A program made the translations under genes and the position numbers. A DNA stretch of 61,582 nt from Oscillospiraceae bacterium (GTDB lineage Bacteria > Bacillota > Clostridia > Oscillospirales > Oscillospiraceae), in assembly GCA_031281195.1 (NCBI GenBank), contig JAITFS010000243.1:1-61582 (forward strand), written 5' to 3'. The stretch's first letter is position 1, and every line of letters starts with the position of its first letter. Positions 28,726-39,016 of this stretch are shown here, in pieces. The notes beneath the pieces are model-generated. The model saw only the letters and a list, made by a program, of their open reading frames with translations. It was not told where the DNA came from and searched no databases.

Positions 28726-31700
28726 CTGTTATTCCTCGACTCTAATACCGCATCCGCTGTTGCTTGCAAAAAAGCATATCCATATTTTCGATCCGGTTCT
28801 AAATGTGCACCTTCTGCCCACTCATTCCACGCGTTAATAAAAACAAATCTGTTACCACTGTCAAAGTTTTTCTCAGCATCCTTAATTATATCACTAAGCC
28901 ACTCTTTATAAAGTTTTGGAGAAACATCAAATATATGCAAATCATCTATACGTCTTGCAGAATTGTCAAATGTTGGGATTATCCCCCTGTACATCAAATC
29001 TCTACCATCAGTTCTATATAGTTTTCTTCTCACATACTCTTCCATATCGTAAATATAACACATACTTTTACCATTTGCAGATAAAATCTCTTTTCGTAAG
29101 TCCTCAATTATATGATTACCAATATCATGCGGTGCTTGGGCTATTGCACCGTCTAAGTTATATATTAGTGGATTTAACTCACTATTATCAGTACCAATTA
29201 TGTGTATTTCTCCTATTTCATTTTTTCTGCAATAATCACGCCATATATCAATTGTTTTGTTTATATCAGGCATAAATCCCGGATTATTTACAGAAATTAT
29301 AGGTTTTCCATTAACTCTGATGTATCTTTTATCAGAAAAATAGCTCGATACCTCTTTTATAAATGCTAAATCGTCTTCTTCAGAATATGTTTGTTCAAGC
29401 AAAACATTATCCTCTGAGGAGTCCCATATCCTTGTCCAACTGTGATTCGCCCAATTTACACAAAATGGGAAATCTAAGTCCTTTTTTGCGTTTAAATAGT
29501 TTTCAAATGGTTTTTCCAGCAACCTCTTACCTTTAAACCAGTAAAAATGGAACATAAATCCATATATACCATAATTTTTTGCGAGTTTTACTTGCTCCTT
29601 CATCACATTTATATCAGATAAATCATAAAAAGTCTCCAACGGTAAGTGTGGTTGATAATGGCCGGGAAAATGCGGTACTGCTTTTGTTACATTAGTCCAC
29701 TCTGTAAAGCCCTTACCCCACCATTTATCGTTTTCCGGAATAGTATGAAACTGCGTTAGATAACAAGCTATTGGTTTCACATCTTCATTAGAAAAAGTAA
29801 TGTTATTTTCTTTATATTCTACGAAATCTTTACTTTTTTTACCTGCTTGGAATACAGTATCCACGTAATCTTTATATTCATTTATTTCCGGTGTTTTTAT
29901 GTTTTCTTGCTGCTTTCTTATTCTTATCGCTTCTTGATAACATTCAAGCGTTAGTATAGCTGTTTTCTCCCATGAAAACTCGTTTATTGCACGTTCTTTA
30001 CCTTTTTTACCTAAGTTATCTCGTAGTTTTTTATCATTTTGTAGAGTTTTCATTTTTTCATATATATCGTCAATGTTATGTGGGTCAACGTAGAGCACAG
30101 TATCTCCACCAACCTCAGGCATTGACGTTGTATTACTTGTGATGACCGCTGCACCAAGTGACATTGCTTCTAAAATAGGAAGCCCAAAACCCTCATACAA
30201 GGACGGATATACCACAGCATAACAAGCTTTATACAATGTTGCTAACTGACTTTCTGTTACATATCCTAATAAACGTAAGTTTTTTCCAATATTTGCAGCT
30301 TCTATCTCCTTGTGTATTTCTTCGGTTAACCATCCTTCTTTTCCGGCAATATATAATGGGAAGGTTTCTCCTTCGTTATGGAGTTTTATGTATGCACGAA
30401 TGAGTGCTGTTATATTTTTGCGTGGTTCTAGTGTTCCGACAAAAAGCCAAAATGGTTTATCAACATTTATAACAAGTGATTTTAGTTCATTTTTTATATC
30501 AATTGATTCTAAAAGTTTTTTACGATATGACAGTGGAATAACATGTACTTTTTCTGCTTTTATATGTGGGAAATGTTTTAGAAATGTATTTTTTGTATGC
30601 TCTGATATTGCGATAAACATATCGGCATTTTGTGAAGCACTATTTATTGCAGACATGCAGTTTTTTACTGTAATATCAATATGTGTTTCCGGGATTTCTA
30701 AAAATGATAAATCGTATAATGTATACACCTTTGCTGCACTTGGATGGTCTAAAAACTCGTTACGTGCAGAATGTACAATATCCGGAATCCTTTTTTCATT
30801 ATTCATAGCATTGTATTGACGATAAATATTCTGTGGTGCAATCGAATTCATCGCTTCTAATAGCTGAGAAATATACTGTTCAATACCGGTTGATTTAAAC
30901 CCTTCGATTTCATTTATGTCAATTTCTACTACCAAATTATCAGAATCATCAACAAAATCACTATCATCAAACTCATCAATCCACTTAACAAATCCAAGCC
31001 TTCGCCCGAGCTTTAACCATCGTGAATTTTTTATATGATTAGCTATATTTATACGATTACTATTCGCTTTTTTGTCTAGTTCACAAATTGCTTCTGTTTC
31101 TATCATCTCTACTTTTTCATTAGATTTAATAGCTTCAAACACAGTTTTGCATCGTTTATTAAAAGACTCAACAGTGTAATTCTCAGCTTTTTTTATAGCT
31201 TGTTTTGCCATTTTAACTCTTTGTTTTTCATCGTTTATTAATATACATGTTTTTTTGATACATTCACTTTCGTTATTCCAAAGATAACCATCTATACCAT
31301 CATCAACAATCTCAGGCTGTCCACCTTTGTTTATCACAACCGGTACAGCACCATTACTCATAGCTTCAACAGTGGTAATTCCAAAGTGTTCTGCCTTATA
31401 TGGTTCGATATTTATATCCTCATCATATCCTGTTGCATGCCAAAAGATTTTTGCTTTTTCAAAAAGTGAGGTTATTTCTTCTGTTTTGGCATTTGTGTGA
31501 ATAAATACAGGGTAACTGTCAGCCAGCGTTTTTATCTCATCAACGTATAAAATATCAGATGGATTATCACTTACACCACCTGCTAAATGCAGCTCATAAT
31601 CTTTTAGCTTCTTTATGTTTTTTATGAAAATCCTAACAAGCTCAAGTTGTTTTTTACAATGTCCACCTGCGAAAAATCTACCTACACTTAGTATTATATT

Positions 31701-33026
31701 TTCTTTTTTAGCTTCATCATAATTTTCAACAGCTTCTTGTTTCTTAAAAACCGGTGGATAAATGATTTTGTACTCTAGTTTTTCTCCCCAGTATTTAATT
31801 AACCAGTCTCTTGAAAACTCTGAAATTGGTATGAACATATCATAACTATCTATAAATTGTTCATCTGCTAGGCTGCTCACACCATCACTCGGTTTTGGCG
31901 GAAACATGCAGATATAGACATTCTTTTTTGCTTTTCCTTGCTGTTTACTAAGAAACATAAAGTTTATAAACAGGTCATATTCTGCGGTTTTATCTGTTAT
32001 TGCTTGATTACTCCCGTGCATCTCTTCGAATGTTTCTTTTTTATCTATATCAATTTTTACTATTTTTGTACGATTAAGGTGTAAATCAAATCGTTTTGTT
32101 AATTTCTCTAAAATTCTATCTTCATCGTTATTAAACTCATCGTATAAGAATTTGTTTGTTAATATGTCAATCTCAGCATCGGGGTAAAATTCTTCAAGAA
32201 ACTGACACAAATACCCCATATATTTTTCACCACCGCCAAGCACATACAGTGATGGATTATATATGAGTATTTTTTTTACTCTTTTTTTCGTAAAAAGACT
32301 TTTATCTTCTTCATATATCTTATATAACTCCGGCTCTTGATAATATCCTCGTGTGATTCCCTCATAATGAATGAACTCAACCTTTGGCTGCATCATAATG
32401 GATAAACCGGCAGCTTTTAGTTTCAAACAAAAATCCACATCACCGTAAAATGTTCGATATTGTTCATCCATATAACCAACTTGCTCATAAACACTTCTTC
32501 GGCTCATTAAACACGCGCCGGTAACCCATGTTACTTCATGTACTCTTCTTTGATTTTCCTGCGAATACCATGTGTCCTTTGGCATACCTGCATTTATATG
32601 CCCTGAATACGGTTCCTCATCTGATACAAAACCTCCTGCATGTTGAATGGTATTATCAGGGAAATACAAAGTACACCCAACCGCTCCAACATCTTTGTTT
32701 TTTGCCACCCCAATCATCAACTCGAGCCAGTTTGGAGTAAGTAGTTTTGTATCGTTATTAAGTTGAACAATATATTCAGAGCTACAGTTTTTTACAGCGA
32801 AGTTGATAATTTTCTGGTAATTAAACTCAATTTCCTTATACTCCAGAATACGGATGTTCTTATGCTTTTTTAGTGTCTCGTAATAAGCGAATGTCTCTTT
32901 TTCTGTACTATTATTCTCAACAATAACAATCTCATACCTCTTGTATGTTGTCAGCTCAAGAACTGACTCAATACAAGTCTTTAAATACGAAATTTTATCC
33001 TTATTAAGAACTATAATAGAAACCAT
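28722..33026 (-). CDS. 1434-aa four-domain glycosyltransferase: GT2 + GT4 + GT4 + WbsX/GH99-like C-terminal domain
   Basis: GT2: VSIIVLNKD..YEIVIVENNSTE..QLNNDT..DVDFCLK. GT4-1: GRFFAGGHCKKQ..EHFGITTVEAMSNGAVPVV. GT4-2: VGTLEPRKNI..YEGFGLPILEAMSLGAAVITSN. WbsX-like (about 28725-29775): IACYLTQFHTIPENDKWWGKGFTEWTNV...FINAWNEWAEGAHLEP. Confidence 0.75.
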   Translation of the reverse strand: MVSIIVLNKDKISYLKTCIESVLELTTYKRYEIVIVENNSTEKETFAYYETLKKHKNIRILEYKEIEFNYQKIINFAVKNCSSEYIVQLNNDTKLLTPNWLELMIGVAKNKDVGAVGCTLYFPDNTIQHAGGFVSDEEPYSGHINAGMPKDTWYSQENQRRVHEVTWVTGACLMSRRSVYEQVGYMDEQYRTFYGDVDFCLKLKAAGLSIMMQPKVEFIHYEGITRGYYQEPELYKIYEEDKSLFTKKRVKKILIYNPSLYVLGGGEKYMGYLCQFLEEFYPDAEIDILTNKFLYDEFNNDEDRILEKLTKRFDLHLNRTKIVKIDIDKKETFEEMHGSNQAITDKTAEYDLFINFMFLSKQQGKAKKNVYICMFPPKPSDGVSSLADEQFIDSYDMFIPISEFSRDWLIKYWGEKLEYKIIYPPVFKKQEAVENYDEAKKENIILSVGRFFAGGHCKKQLELVRIFIKNIKKLKDYELHLAGGVSDNPSDILYVDEIKTLADSYPVFIHTNAKTEEITSLFEKAKIFWHATGYDEDINIEPYKAEHFGITTVEAMSNGAVPVVINKGGQPEIVDDGIDGYLWNNESECIKKTCILINDEKQRVKMAKQAIKKAENYTVESFNKRCKTVFEAIKSNEKVEMIETEAICELDKKANSNRINIANHIKNSRWLKLGRRLGFVKWIDEFDDSDFVDDSDNLVVEIDINEIEGFKSTGIEQYISQLLEAMNSIAPQNIYRQYNAMNNEKRIPDIVHSARNEFLDHPSAAKVYTLYDLSFLEIPETHIDITVKNCMSAINSASQNADMFIAISEHTKNTFLKHFPHIKAEKVHVIPLSYRKKLLESIDIKNELKSLVINVDKPFWLFVGTLEPRKNITALIRAYIKLHNEGETFPLYIAGKEGWLTEEIHKEIEAANIGKNLRLLGYVTESQLATLYKACYAVVYPSLYEGFGLPILEAMSLGAAVITSNTTSMPEVGGDTVLYVDPHNIDDIYEKMKTLQNDKKLRDNLGKKGKERAINEFSWEKTAILTLECYQEAIRIRKQQENIKTPEINEYKDYVDTVFQAGKKSKDFVEYKENNITFSNEDVKPIACYLTQFHTIPENDKWWGKGFTEWTNVTKAVPHFPGHYQPHLPLETFYDLSDINVMKEQVKLAKNYGIYGFMFHFYWFKGKRLLEKPFENYLNAKKDLDFPFCVNWANHSWTRIWDSSEDNVLLEQTYSEEDDLAFIKEVSSYFSDKRYIRVNGKPIISVNNPGFMPDINKTIDIWRDYCRKNEIGEIHIIGTDNSELNPLIYNLDGAIAQAPHDIGNHIIEDLRKEILSANGKSMCYIYDMEEYVRRKLYRTDGRDLMYRGIIPTFDNSARRIDDLHIFDVSPKLYKEWLSDIIKDAEKNFDSGNRFVFINAWNEWAEGAHLEPDRKYGYAFLQATADAVLESRNNR

Positions 33027-34079
33027 TTAGTTGTCCTTATGATAGTCGTGAACTCTACCGTCTTCGCGTTCAGTTAGTTTTGCTACCACATCACGAATTT
33101 TGTGTGTTTGATCACGGTGACATATAAGCAGAGCATCTTCCATGTCTACAACAACAATATCCGACACACCAATTAGTGTTATAGCTTTATCTTTTTCCGC
33201 ATAAACAATGTTGTTGGTACAGTTCATCATTATCTCTGAACCAAACTGGACATTGCCTGCACTATCACGTTTTGCATGTTGTTTTTCAAAAAATGTGTTA
33301 AATGTGCCAAAATCGCTCCAACCTGCATCTAGTGGAACACAATACACATTGTCCATTCTTTCAATTAACCCATAATCCACCGATATTGAAGGTGTTTTGC
33401 TAAAGGTTTCTTCTACATCAGATGTTCTAAATGCCTCGTAAACCTCCGGACTGTAGTTCATAACAGCTTCTTCAAACAACTCTGATTGAAATACAAATAT
33501 ACCACTGTTCCATAAGTAACCCTCATTTACATATTTTACAGCAGTATCATGGTTTGGTTTTTCTTTAAACTCCATAACCTCAAAACCACCCTGCAAAGGA
33601 TTTCCAAGCCTAATATATCCATAATCTGTTACAGGCTTATCAGGTTTAATTCCAAAAGTCACAAAACCTTTAGTTGCAAGGTTTACCGAAGCTTTTACGG
33701 CATCAGCTAATGCTTGTGGGTTGTCTACTATATGGTCTGATGAAAAGACTGCGCATATATCATCACCTTTTTCCCGTATTGTTTGCACTGCGAACATAAT
33801 AGCAGGAAGTGTGTTCTTAGCTTCCGGCTCAAAGAGGATTTGTTCCTCCGGTACCGTTACATTCATTTCTGCAAGTTGTTTGTTTATTAGTTTTGAGTAG
33901 TTCTCACTTGTAACTAAGTATATATCGCTTTGGTCACCTATAAGTAAGCACCTTGCGATAGTGTCCTGAAATACTGATTTTTCTCTACCTGCGAGCTTCA
34001 TAAATTGCTTAGGGTAATTTGTTCTGCTTAAGGGCCAAAGCCTTGTGCCGGAACCACCTGCCATAACTATAAGTTTCAT
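33027..34079 (-). CDS. manC: Mannose-1-phosphate guanylyltransferase (GDP-mannose pyrophosphorylase), short form without isomerase domain
   Basis: MKLIVMAGGSGTRLWPLSRTNYPKQF signature N-terminus; 350 aa. Confidence 0.8.
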   Translation of the reverse strand: MKLIVMAGGSGTRLWPLSRTNYPKQFMKLAGREKSVFQDTIARCLLIGDQSDIYLVTSENYSKLINKQLAEMNVTVPEEQILFEPEAKNTLPAIMFAVQTIREKGDDICAVFSSDHIVDNPQALADAVKASVNLATKGFVTFGIKPDKPVTDYGYIRLGNPLQGGFEVMEFKEKPNHDTAVKYVNEGYLWNSGIFVFQSELFEEAVMNYSPEVYEAFRTSDVEETFSKTPSISVDYGLIERMDNVYCVPLDAGWSDFGTFNTFFEKQHAKRDSAGNVQFGSEIMMNCTNNIVYAEKDKAITLIGVSDIVVVDMEDALLICHRDQTHKIRDVVAKLTEREDGRVHDYHKDN

Positions 34080-34140
34080 TGCTAACTTCCTTTCTAATAA
34101 TATATTTCAAAATCTATGGATTACCACGTCGCAAACCTAA

Positions 34141-36054
34141 TTAACTTGGTTTATTCCTAGTAACTATTTTCTTTAATCCCGGTCTTCTGTGTTTTATGTG
34201 TTCTTTAAGTGCAAACTTCATCATCGACATTAATTTATAATCATTAAATTGAGCATACATATAGTTTAAAGTAGCATTTAATTCTTCTTTTTCATTAAAT
34301 AACACATTTTTTTCAGCAATTAACTCTTGGGTTTCACCGTACAGTCGTTCATTTTCCTTAACATAAGGTTCTATACGATTATTTACACTTGTTTCTACCC
34401 GTGAAGAAATCAAACTAAACATATTATAACGTGCCGTTAGCTTTTCTTTATTAACCGGAGTGTTTAAGATTTCATCAAAAAACATCTCCATCTCAGTAAC
34501 AGGTCTATCTATTATATCATCATAAGTAGTAATAACATCTGTAAATGATTCAACATTATCTATAATCGTTGGGATTTCATTAAAAGTATCAAAAAAGATC
34601 ATACTTTCTTTATGCTTTTCAAAGAGTTTAAATAGCTCTCTACTTAATTCATTATTATTTAATATGACTTTTTTATGGTTTTTAAACGCTACAACAATAG
34701 GCAGTCCAAACCCTTCATAAAGGCTCGGAAATACCACAGCTACACAGTTTTTATATAGATAGCTCACAAAGTCGTCATCCAGATAACCACTGCTATATCC
34801 ATAGACATTATCTTTTATATATTCGTTATCTCCATAACCCAATACAATATAATTGTTTTCTGTATTTGCAACAGCTTCAATTGCTTCATTTAAAGCCTTG
34901 TGTTTATAAGAGTTGCCAACAATTAAGAAATACTCATCAAACGGTAGCTCATAATCATCTTTTTTAGGATCTTCCAACATAGATGTTATATAAATTGTTT
35001 TATATTTTATACTATCCTCTTTAAGCTCTTTTGTTTTAAAATACGCTTGGAAATCCTTAGCAGAAAAATCACTGATGAAAATAATCCCGTCACTAAGCTT
35101 TATACCAAGCTCTATATCACCTGTTCCGTCAACCGCTACATGCTCATCAACCCTGACAATAATAATATCAAGTATTGACTGAACAATCTTCAAACAATGC
35201 TTATTTAATGTCACTTGATGCTCATAAAACATAAGCTGATTTGGTGCGTAACCAAGATGAAACTTCCCTTCAAGTGTATCAGGGTAATAGATATTATCAT
35301 ATTTTTCTGAAAACCTAAAAAACTCGTCAGCTTCACGTGTTATGTAGAGGAATATTTCATATTTCTCACAAAATAAACGTGTAAATGCTTCAAAATGTGT
35401 AGTTAAATACTCCGATGTACCGCAATATTTAACTGGCATCGCCATACAATCAAACAATATTCTTTTCTTGGGATAATAGTCTTTATCTATTAATTTTAAG
35501 AACCTCACACATGGGTTTTCACCATATAACTCAAAGCGTTTTTCCTTTTTAAGCCAATATCCGGCATATCGAGATAGAAACAATTCTGTATCGTTTTCGT
35601 TTGTTTCATTACATATCTCTTCATTTTTGTACGAATACATCGCGTGATGTGCTACCACTGTTGAAAATCCATAGACATTTATCCTGCAATAAAAATCTAA
35701 AAGAGCCATGTTTAAGCTCTCGTAAGTTTCATCTAAAAACCCCAATTTATCAATAACAGAGCGTTTGATTAAAATACAATCTGCTTTAACATCTATTGTT
35801 ATTGAGTATCTCGGTAAATATTCGTTTGCGGTTTTTATAAGACTCTTTTTATTCTCTATCACCTGTCCGACAGCTATAGCATGTTTTTCTGTTATATCAA
35901 GTGTTGATTTTAGCTTTTCTACTGCTTCATTATGTAAAATTACATCTTCGTTTATTAATAAAAGATCAGACATTGGTTCTTCAAGAAACCGGGTTGCGAC
36001 CTCTTGCATTAACATTTTGGGTGTTGTTAAGATGTTAACAGTTATTTTTAACAT
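34141..36054 (-). CDS. Glycosyltransferase: truncated/vestigial GT2-like N-domain + GT4 domain + C-terminal coiled coil and basic amphipathic tail
   Basis: The N-terminal 145 aa match only the distal half of a GT2 fold (LLLINEDVIL...CILIKRSVIDKLGFLDETY...DFYCRI). GT4: YEGFGLPIVVAFKNHKKVI. The last ~100 aa are heptad-like (ENERLYGETQELIAEKNVLFNEKEELNATLNYMYAQF) followed by KHRRPGLKKIVTRNK. Confidence 0.65.
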   Translation of the reverse strand: MLKITVNILTTPKMLMQEVATRFLEEPMSDLLLINEDVILHNEAVEKLKSTLDITEKHAIAVGQVIENKKSLIKTANEYLPRYSITIDVKADCILIKRSVIDKLGFLDETYESLNMALLDFYCRINVYGFSTVVAHHAMYSYKNEEICNETNENDTELFLSRYAGYWLKKEKRFELYGENPCVRFLKLIDKDYYPKKRILFDCMAMPVKYCGTSEYLTTHFEAFTRLFCEKYEIFLYITREADEFFRFSEKYDNIYYPDTLEGKFHLGYAPNQLMFYEHQVTLNKHCLKIVQSILDIIIVRVDEHVAVDGTGDIELGIKLSDGIIFISDFSAKDFQAYFKTKELKEDSIKYKTIYITSMLEDPKKDDYELPFDEYFLIVGNSYKHKALNEAIEAVANTENNYIVLGYGDNEYIKDNVYGYSSGYLDDDFVSYLYKNCVAVVFPSLYEGFGLPIVVAFKNHKKVILNNNELSRELFKLFEKHKESMIFFDTFNEIPTIIDNVESFTDVITTYDDIIDRPVTEMEMFFDEILNTPVNKEKLTARYNMFSLISSRVETSVNNRIEPYVKENERLYGETQELIAEKNVLFNEKEELNATLNYMYAQFNDYKLMSMMKFALKEHIKHRRPGLKKIVTRNKPS

Positions 36055-37865
36055 TCCGAAAAGTCCTCGTGTTTTAAGGTTAAGTTTGGATTATAGTAGG
36101 GGTCACCTGCCTCAATTTCCTTTAACCACAATGATTGGTATAAATCAATCTCACTTTTAAATCTTGCTTTCTTTTCTTCGGTGTCCTCATATCCGCGCGA
36201 TTTTGATTCATGATGATACATCTCGGCATACGGAGTAAACACAATTAAATACCCGGCTTTTCGTATTCGTTGACACAAATCTACATCATTAAATGCTACC
36301 ACAAAACGCTCGTCAAGTCCACCCAGTTCATCAAAAAGTGCTTTTGGTATCATCATACATGCAGCAGTAACGGCAGATAAGTTTTGAGCATAAATTAATC
36401 TGTTCATATATCCGTAAGCATCACGCTTAAAGTATTTGTGTGCATGCCCTCCAACACCACCAACACCAAGTATCACTCCGGCGTGCTGAATTGTATCGTC
36501 AGGATAATAAAGCTTTGCACCCACAGCTCCAACGTCAGGACGCTGTGCGTACATTAACATTTCTTGCATCCAGTCTGCTGAAATTATCTCAATGTCATTG
36601 TTTAATAAAAGTAAATACTCACCATTTGCAAAACCTGCACCATAATTATTTATAGCTGAAAAATTAAAAATTCCATTCCAAAATACAACCCTAATATTAT
36701 CTTTATTTTCGATGCTTTTATAGTATTCATAGGTTTCGTTATTTTCACTGTTATTTTCTACAATAATAATCTCATAATTTTTATATGTACTTAATGTTTT
36801 AATCGATTTTAAGCATTTGTCTAAAATATCTATATGGTCTTTGTTTGGGATTATTATTGAAATACATGGCTCTCCGTTTATCTCGTATTTTATACGGTGT
36901 GTATTGGCAAGTGGACTGTCTTCAACAGTTCCGGCAAGTCCAACACGCTCCAAATGGTCAACAATAGCTCTTTTACCTGCCAGATGTGTGTATCCTTTAG
37001 ATTCCGGATCAGCAGCAGTTGATGCTTTATGTGCACGCCAATAGTATAAAATCTTTGGAATATGTACAATTTTATCAGCTTGTTCTGTTAATCGTAGAAT
37101 CAAGTCATGGTCTTGCGCACCATCATAGTCTCTACGAAAACGTCCCGTTTTTTCCAGTAGAGATGCTTTAAAAACTGTTAAATGACAAATATAATTTATT
37201 GCACGTAGATTATCAGGTGCAAAATCTTGCTTATAATGTGGTTGAAACGCATCACTGATAGTCTCATTAAATGTGTTTTCATCTGTGTAGATAAAATCAG
37301 CATCAAATCTTTCAATCACTGCAGCAGCTTCATATAACGCGGATTGATGTAAAATATCATCATGGTCTAAAAGTGCAATATAATTCCCGGTCGCCATTTC
37401 TAAGCATTTGTTTGAATTGCCGGATATACCTTCATTTTTATCAAATCTGCGATACTCGATACGTTTATCTTTTTTTATGTATTTCTCACAAATTATTTGC
37501 ACCTTTGTATTATCAGCATCACTTCCATCACCCAAGCACAGTTGCCAAGTCTGAAATGTTTGTGCAATAACAGATTTTATCATATCTTCAAGATATTTTT
37601 CATGCGTATTATATAGAGGAACAATTATGCTGAATCTTATATCCGCATCAAACTTTCGCTTTTGTTGCTTGCGAAGTCTGCGAGGGTTGTATTCATACTT
37701 TTTCTTTGCTTTTTGATAAACCTTTGTTTGTTTAACTTTTTTTACACACTTTCGCCAGGTTGCAGAAAATCCAAGATTTTTTACATTACTAAAACCCTTC
37801 CACAACAAACGCAGCGGAGGTACTTTCATACATATCTTTTTCAGAGTTTGTTTCATTTTCTCCAT
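36048..37865 (-). CDS. Tandem double-GT2 glycosyltransferase
   Basis: Domain 1: FSIIVPLYNTHEKYLEDMIKSVIAQT..LGDGSD..ALLDHDD. Domain 2: ISIIIPNKDHIDILDKCLKSI..YEIIIVENNSEN..LLLNNDIEI..DVDLCQR. Domain 2 is paralogous to the GT2 domain of the 1434-aa protein. Confidence 0.8.
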   Translation of the reverse strand: MEKMKQTLKKICMKVPPLRLLWKGFSNVKNLGFSATWRKCVKKVKQTKVYQKAKKKYEYNPRRLRKQQKRKFDADIRFSIIVPLYNTHEKYLEDMIKSVIAQTFQTWQLCLGDGSDADNTKVQIICEKYIKKDKRIEYRRFDKNEGISGNSNKCLEMATGNYIALLDHDDILHQSALYEAAAVIERFDADFIYTDENTFNETISDAFQPHYKQDFAPDNLRAINYICHLTVFKASLLEKTGRFRRDYDGAQDHDLILRLTEQADKIVHIPKILYYWRAHKASTAADPESKGYTHLAGKRAIVDHLERVGLAGTVEDSPLANTHRIKYEINGEPCISIIIPNKDHIDILDKCLKSIKTLSTYKNYEIIIVENNSENNETYEYYKSIENKDNIRVVFWNGIFNFSAINNYGAGFANGEYLLLLNNDIEIISADWMQEMLMYAQRPDVGAVGAKLYYPDDTIQHAGVILGVGGVGGHAHKYFKRDAYGYMNRLIYAQNLSAVTAACMMIPKALFDELGGLDERFVVAFNDVDLCQRIRKAGYLIVFTPYAEMYHHESKSRGYEDTEEKKARFKSEIDLYQSLWLKEIEAGDPYYNPNLTLKHEDFSEC

Positions 37866-38965
37866 ACTCTTTGATTTATTATTTCTGTATAACTTTGTAT
37901 AATCCCTGTTACTTTTACAGAAACATTTGTATCAATATAATCGTTTACAGGTGCTGTCGCTCTTGGTTTTACAACTATATCAATTGACTGTAGCAATGAC
38001 TCGGTACTAATACCACCAAGTATAAACCTGCCTTTATCCATAGCCTCCGGTCTTTCTGTACTGGTACGAATACAAACAGCAGGAAAGTCCATATATGCAG
38101 TTTCCTCAGGAAGTGTACCACTATCACTAACTACACAAAACGCATTTTTTTGCAGCTTATTATATGGGAAAAACCCAAACGGCTCCATACTACGCACATT
38201 TTTATGAAATACAAAGCTACGTACTTTAATGATATTTGCACTTCTTGGGTGTGTTGAGTAAATCACAGGCATATTATACTGTTCTGCTACGATATTTATC
38301 GCATTCATCAGTGATAAAAAGTTCTTTTCATTATCAATATTTTCTTCTCTATGTGCAGAAAGTAAGATGAATTTATTTTTTTCTAAATTAAGTTCATCTA
38401 AAATATTGCTGTTATCTATAGCTTCCATGTGTACCTTTAGTACCTCTGTCATAGGTGAACCGATTACAAAAGTGTACTCGGGAGGTTTACCTTCAGCAAG
38501 CAAATTACGCCGTGCATGCTCCGAATAGCATAGATTTACATCACTTGTATGGTCAACAATACGGCGGTTTACTTCCTCAGGAAGATTCTCATCAAAGCAG
38601 CGATTTCCGGCTTCTACATGGAAAATCGGGATTTTTAACCGTTTTGCAGATATTGCAGAAAGTGCCGAGTTGGTATCACCCAAAATTAGCACTGCATCAG
38701 GTTTTATATCTTGTAATAATGTATAAGAACGGCTTATGATATTTCCAAGAGACTCACCTAAATTACCACCTGCCACATCTAAATAATGATCCGGTTTTGA
38801 TAAACCAAGCTCCTCAAAAAACACCTGATTTAACTTATAATCATAGTTTTGACCTGTGTGAGTTAATATATGCTCAAAATCAATTTCACATAACTTTATA
38901 ATTTCAGAAAGCCTTATAATTTCAGGTCTTGTACCTAATATCGTCATAACCTTAAGCTTTTTCAT
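37853..38965 (-). CDS. fnlC: UDP-N-acetylglucosamine 2-epimerase family, FnlC/CapG type (UDP-L-FucNAc pathway step 3)
   Basis: MKKLKVMTILGTRPEIIRLS start (ATG complement at 38963-38965, GGAGA SD). Has the non-hydrolysing 2-epimerase pattern and sits directly after fnlA and fnlB. Confidence 0.75.
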   Translation of the reverse strand: MKKLKVMTILGTRPEIIRLSEIIKLCEIDFEHILTHTGQNYDYKLNQVFFEELGLSKPDHYLDVAGGNLGESLGNIISRSYTLLQDIKPDAVLILGDTNSALSAISAKRLKIPIFHVEAGNRCFDENLPEEVNRRIVDHTSDVNLCYSEHARRNLLAEGKPPEYTFVIGSPMTEVLKVHMEAIDNSNILDELNLEKNKFILLSAHREENIDNEKNFLSLMNAINIVAEQYNMPVIYSTHPRSANIIKVRSFVFHKNVRSMEPFGFFPYNKLQKNAFCVVSDSGTLPEETAYMDFPAVCIRTSTERPEAMDKGRFILGGISTESLLQSIDIVVKPRATAPVNDYIDTNVSVKVTGIIQSYTEIINQRVWRK

Positions 38966-39016
38966 AAGTTTTCTCCTTTTTCCTCGCAATGACAGTTCTT
39001 GTTGGTAATCTCTGTT

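Noticed and set aside
36040-36060. Possibility that 36048..37865 and 34141..36054 are one gene split by a frameshift (a pseudogene).
   Set aside because: The upstream protein ends after a complete second GT2 domain with a normal C-terminal tail. The 7-nt ATGTTAA stop/start overlap is the same coupling style used throughout the operon. No third frame carries the missing half-domain.
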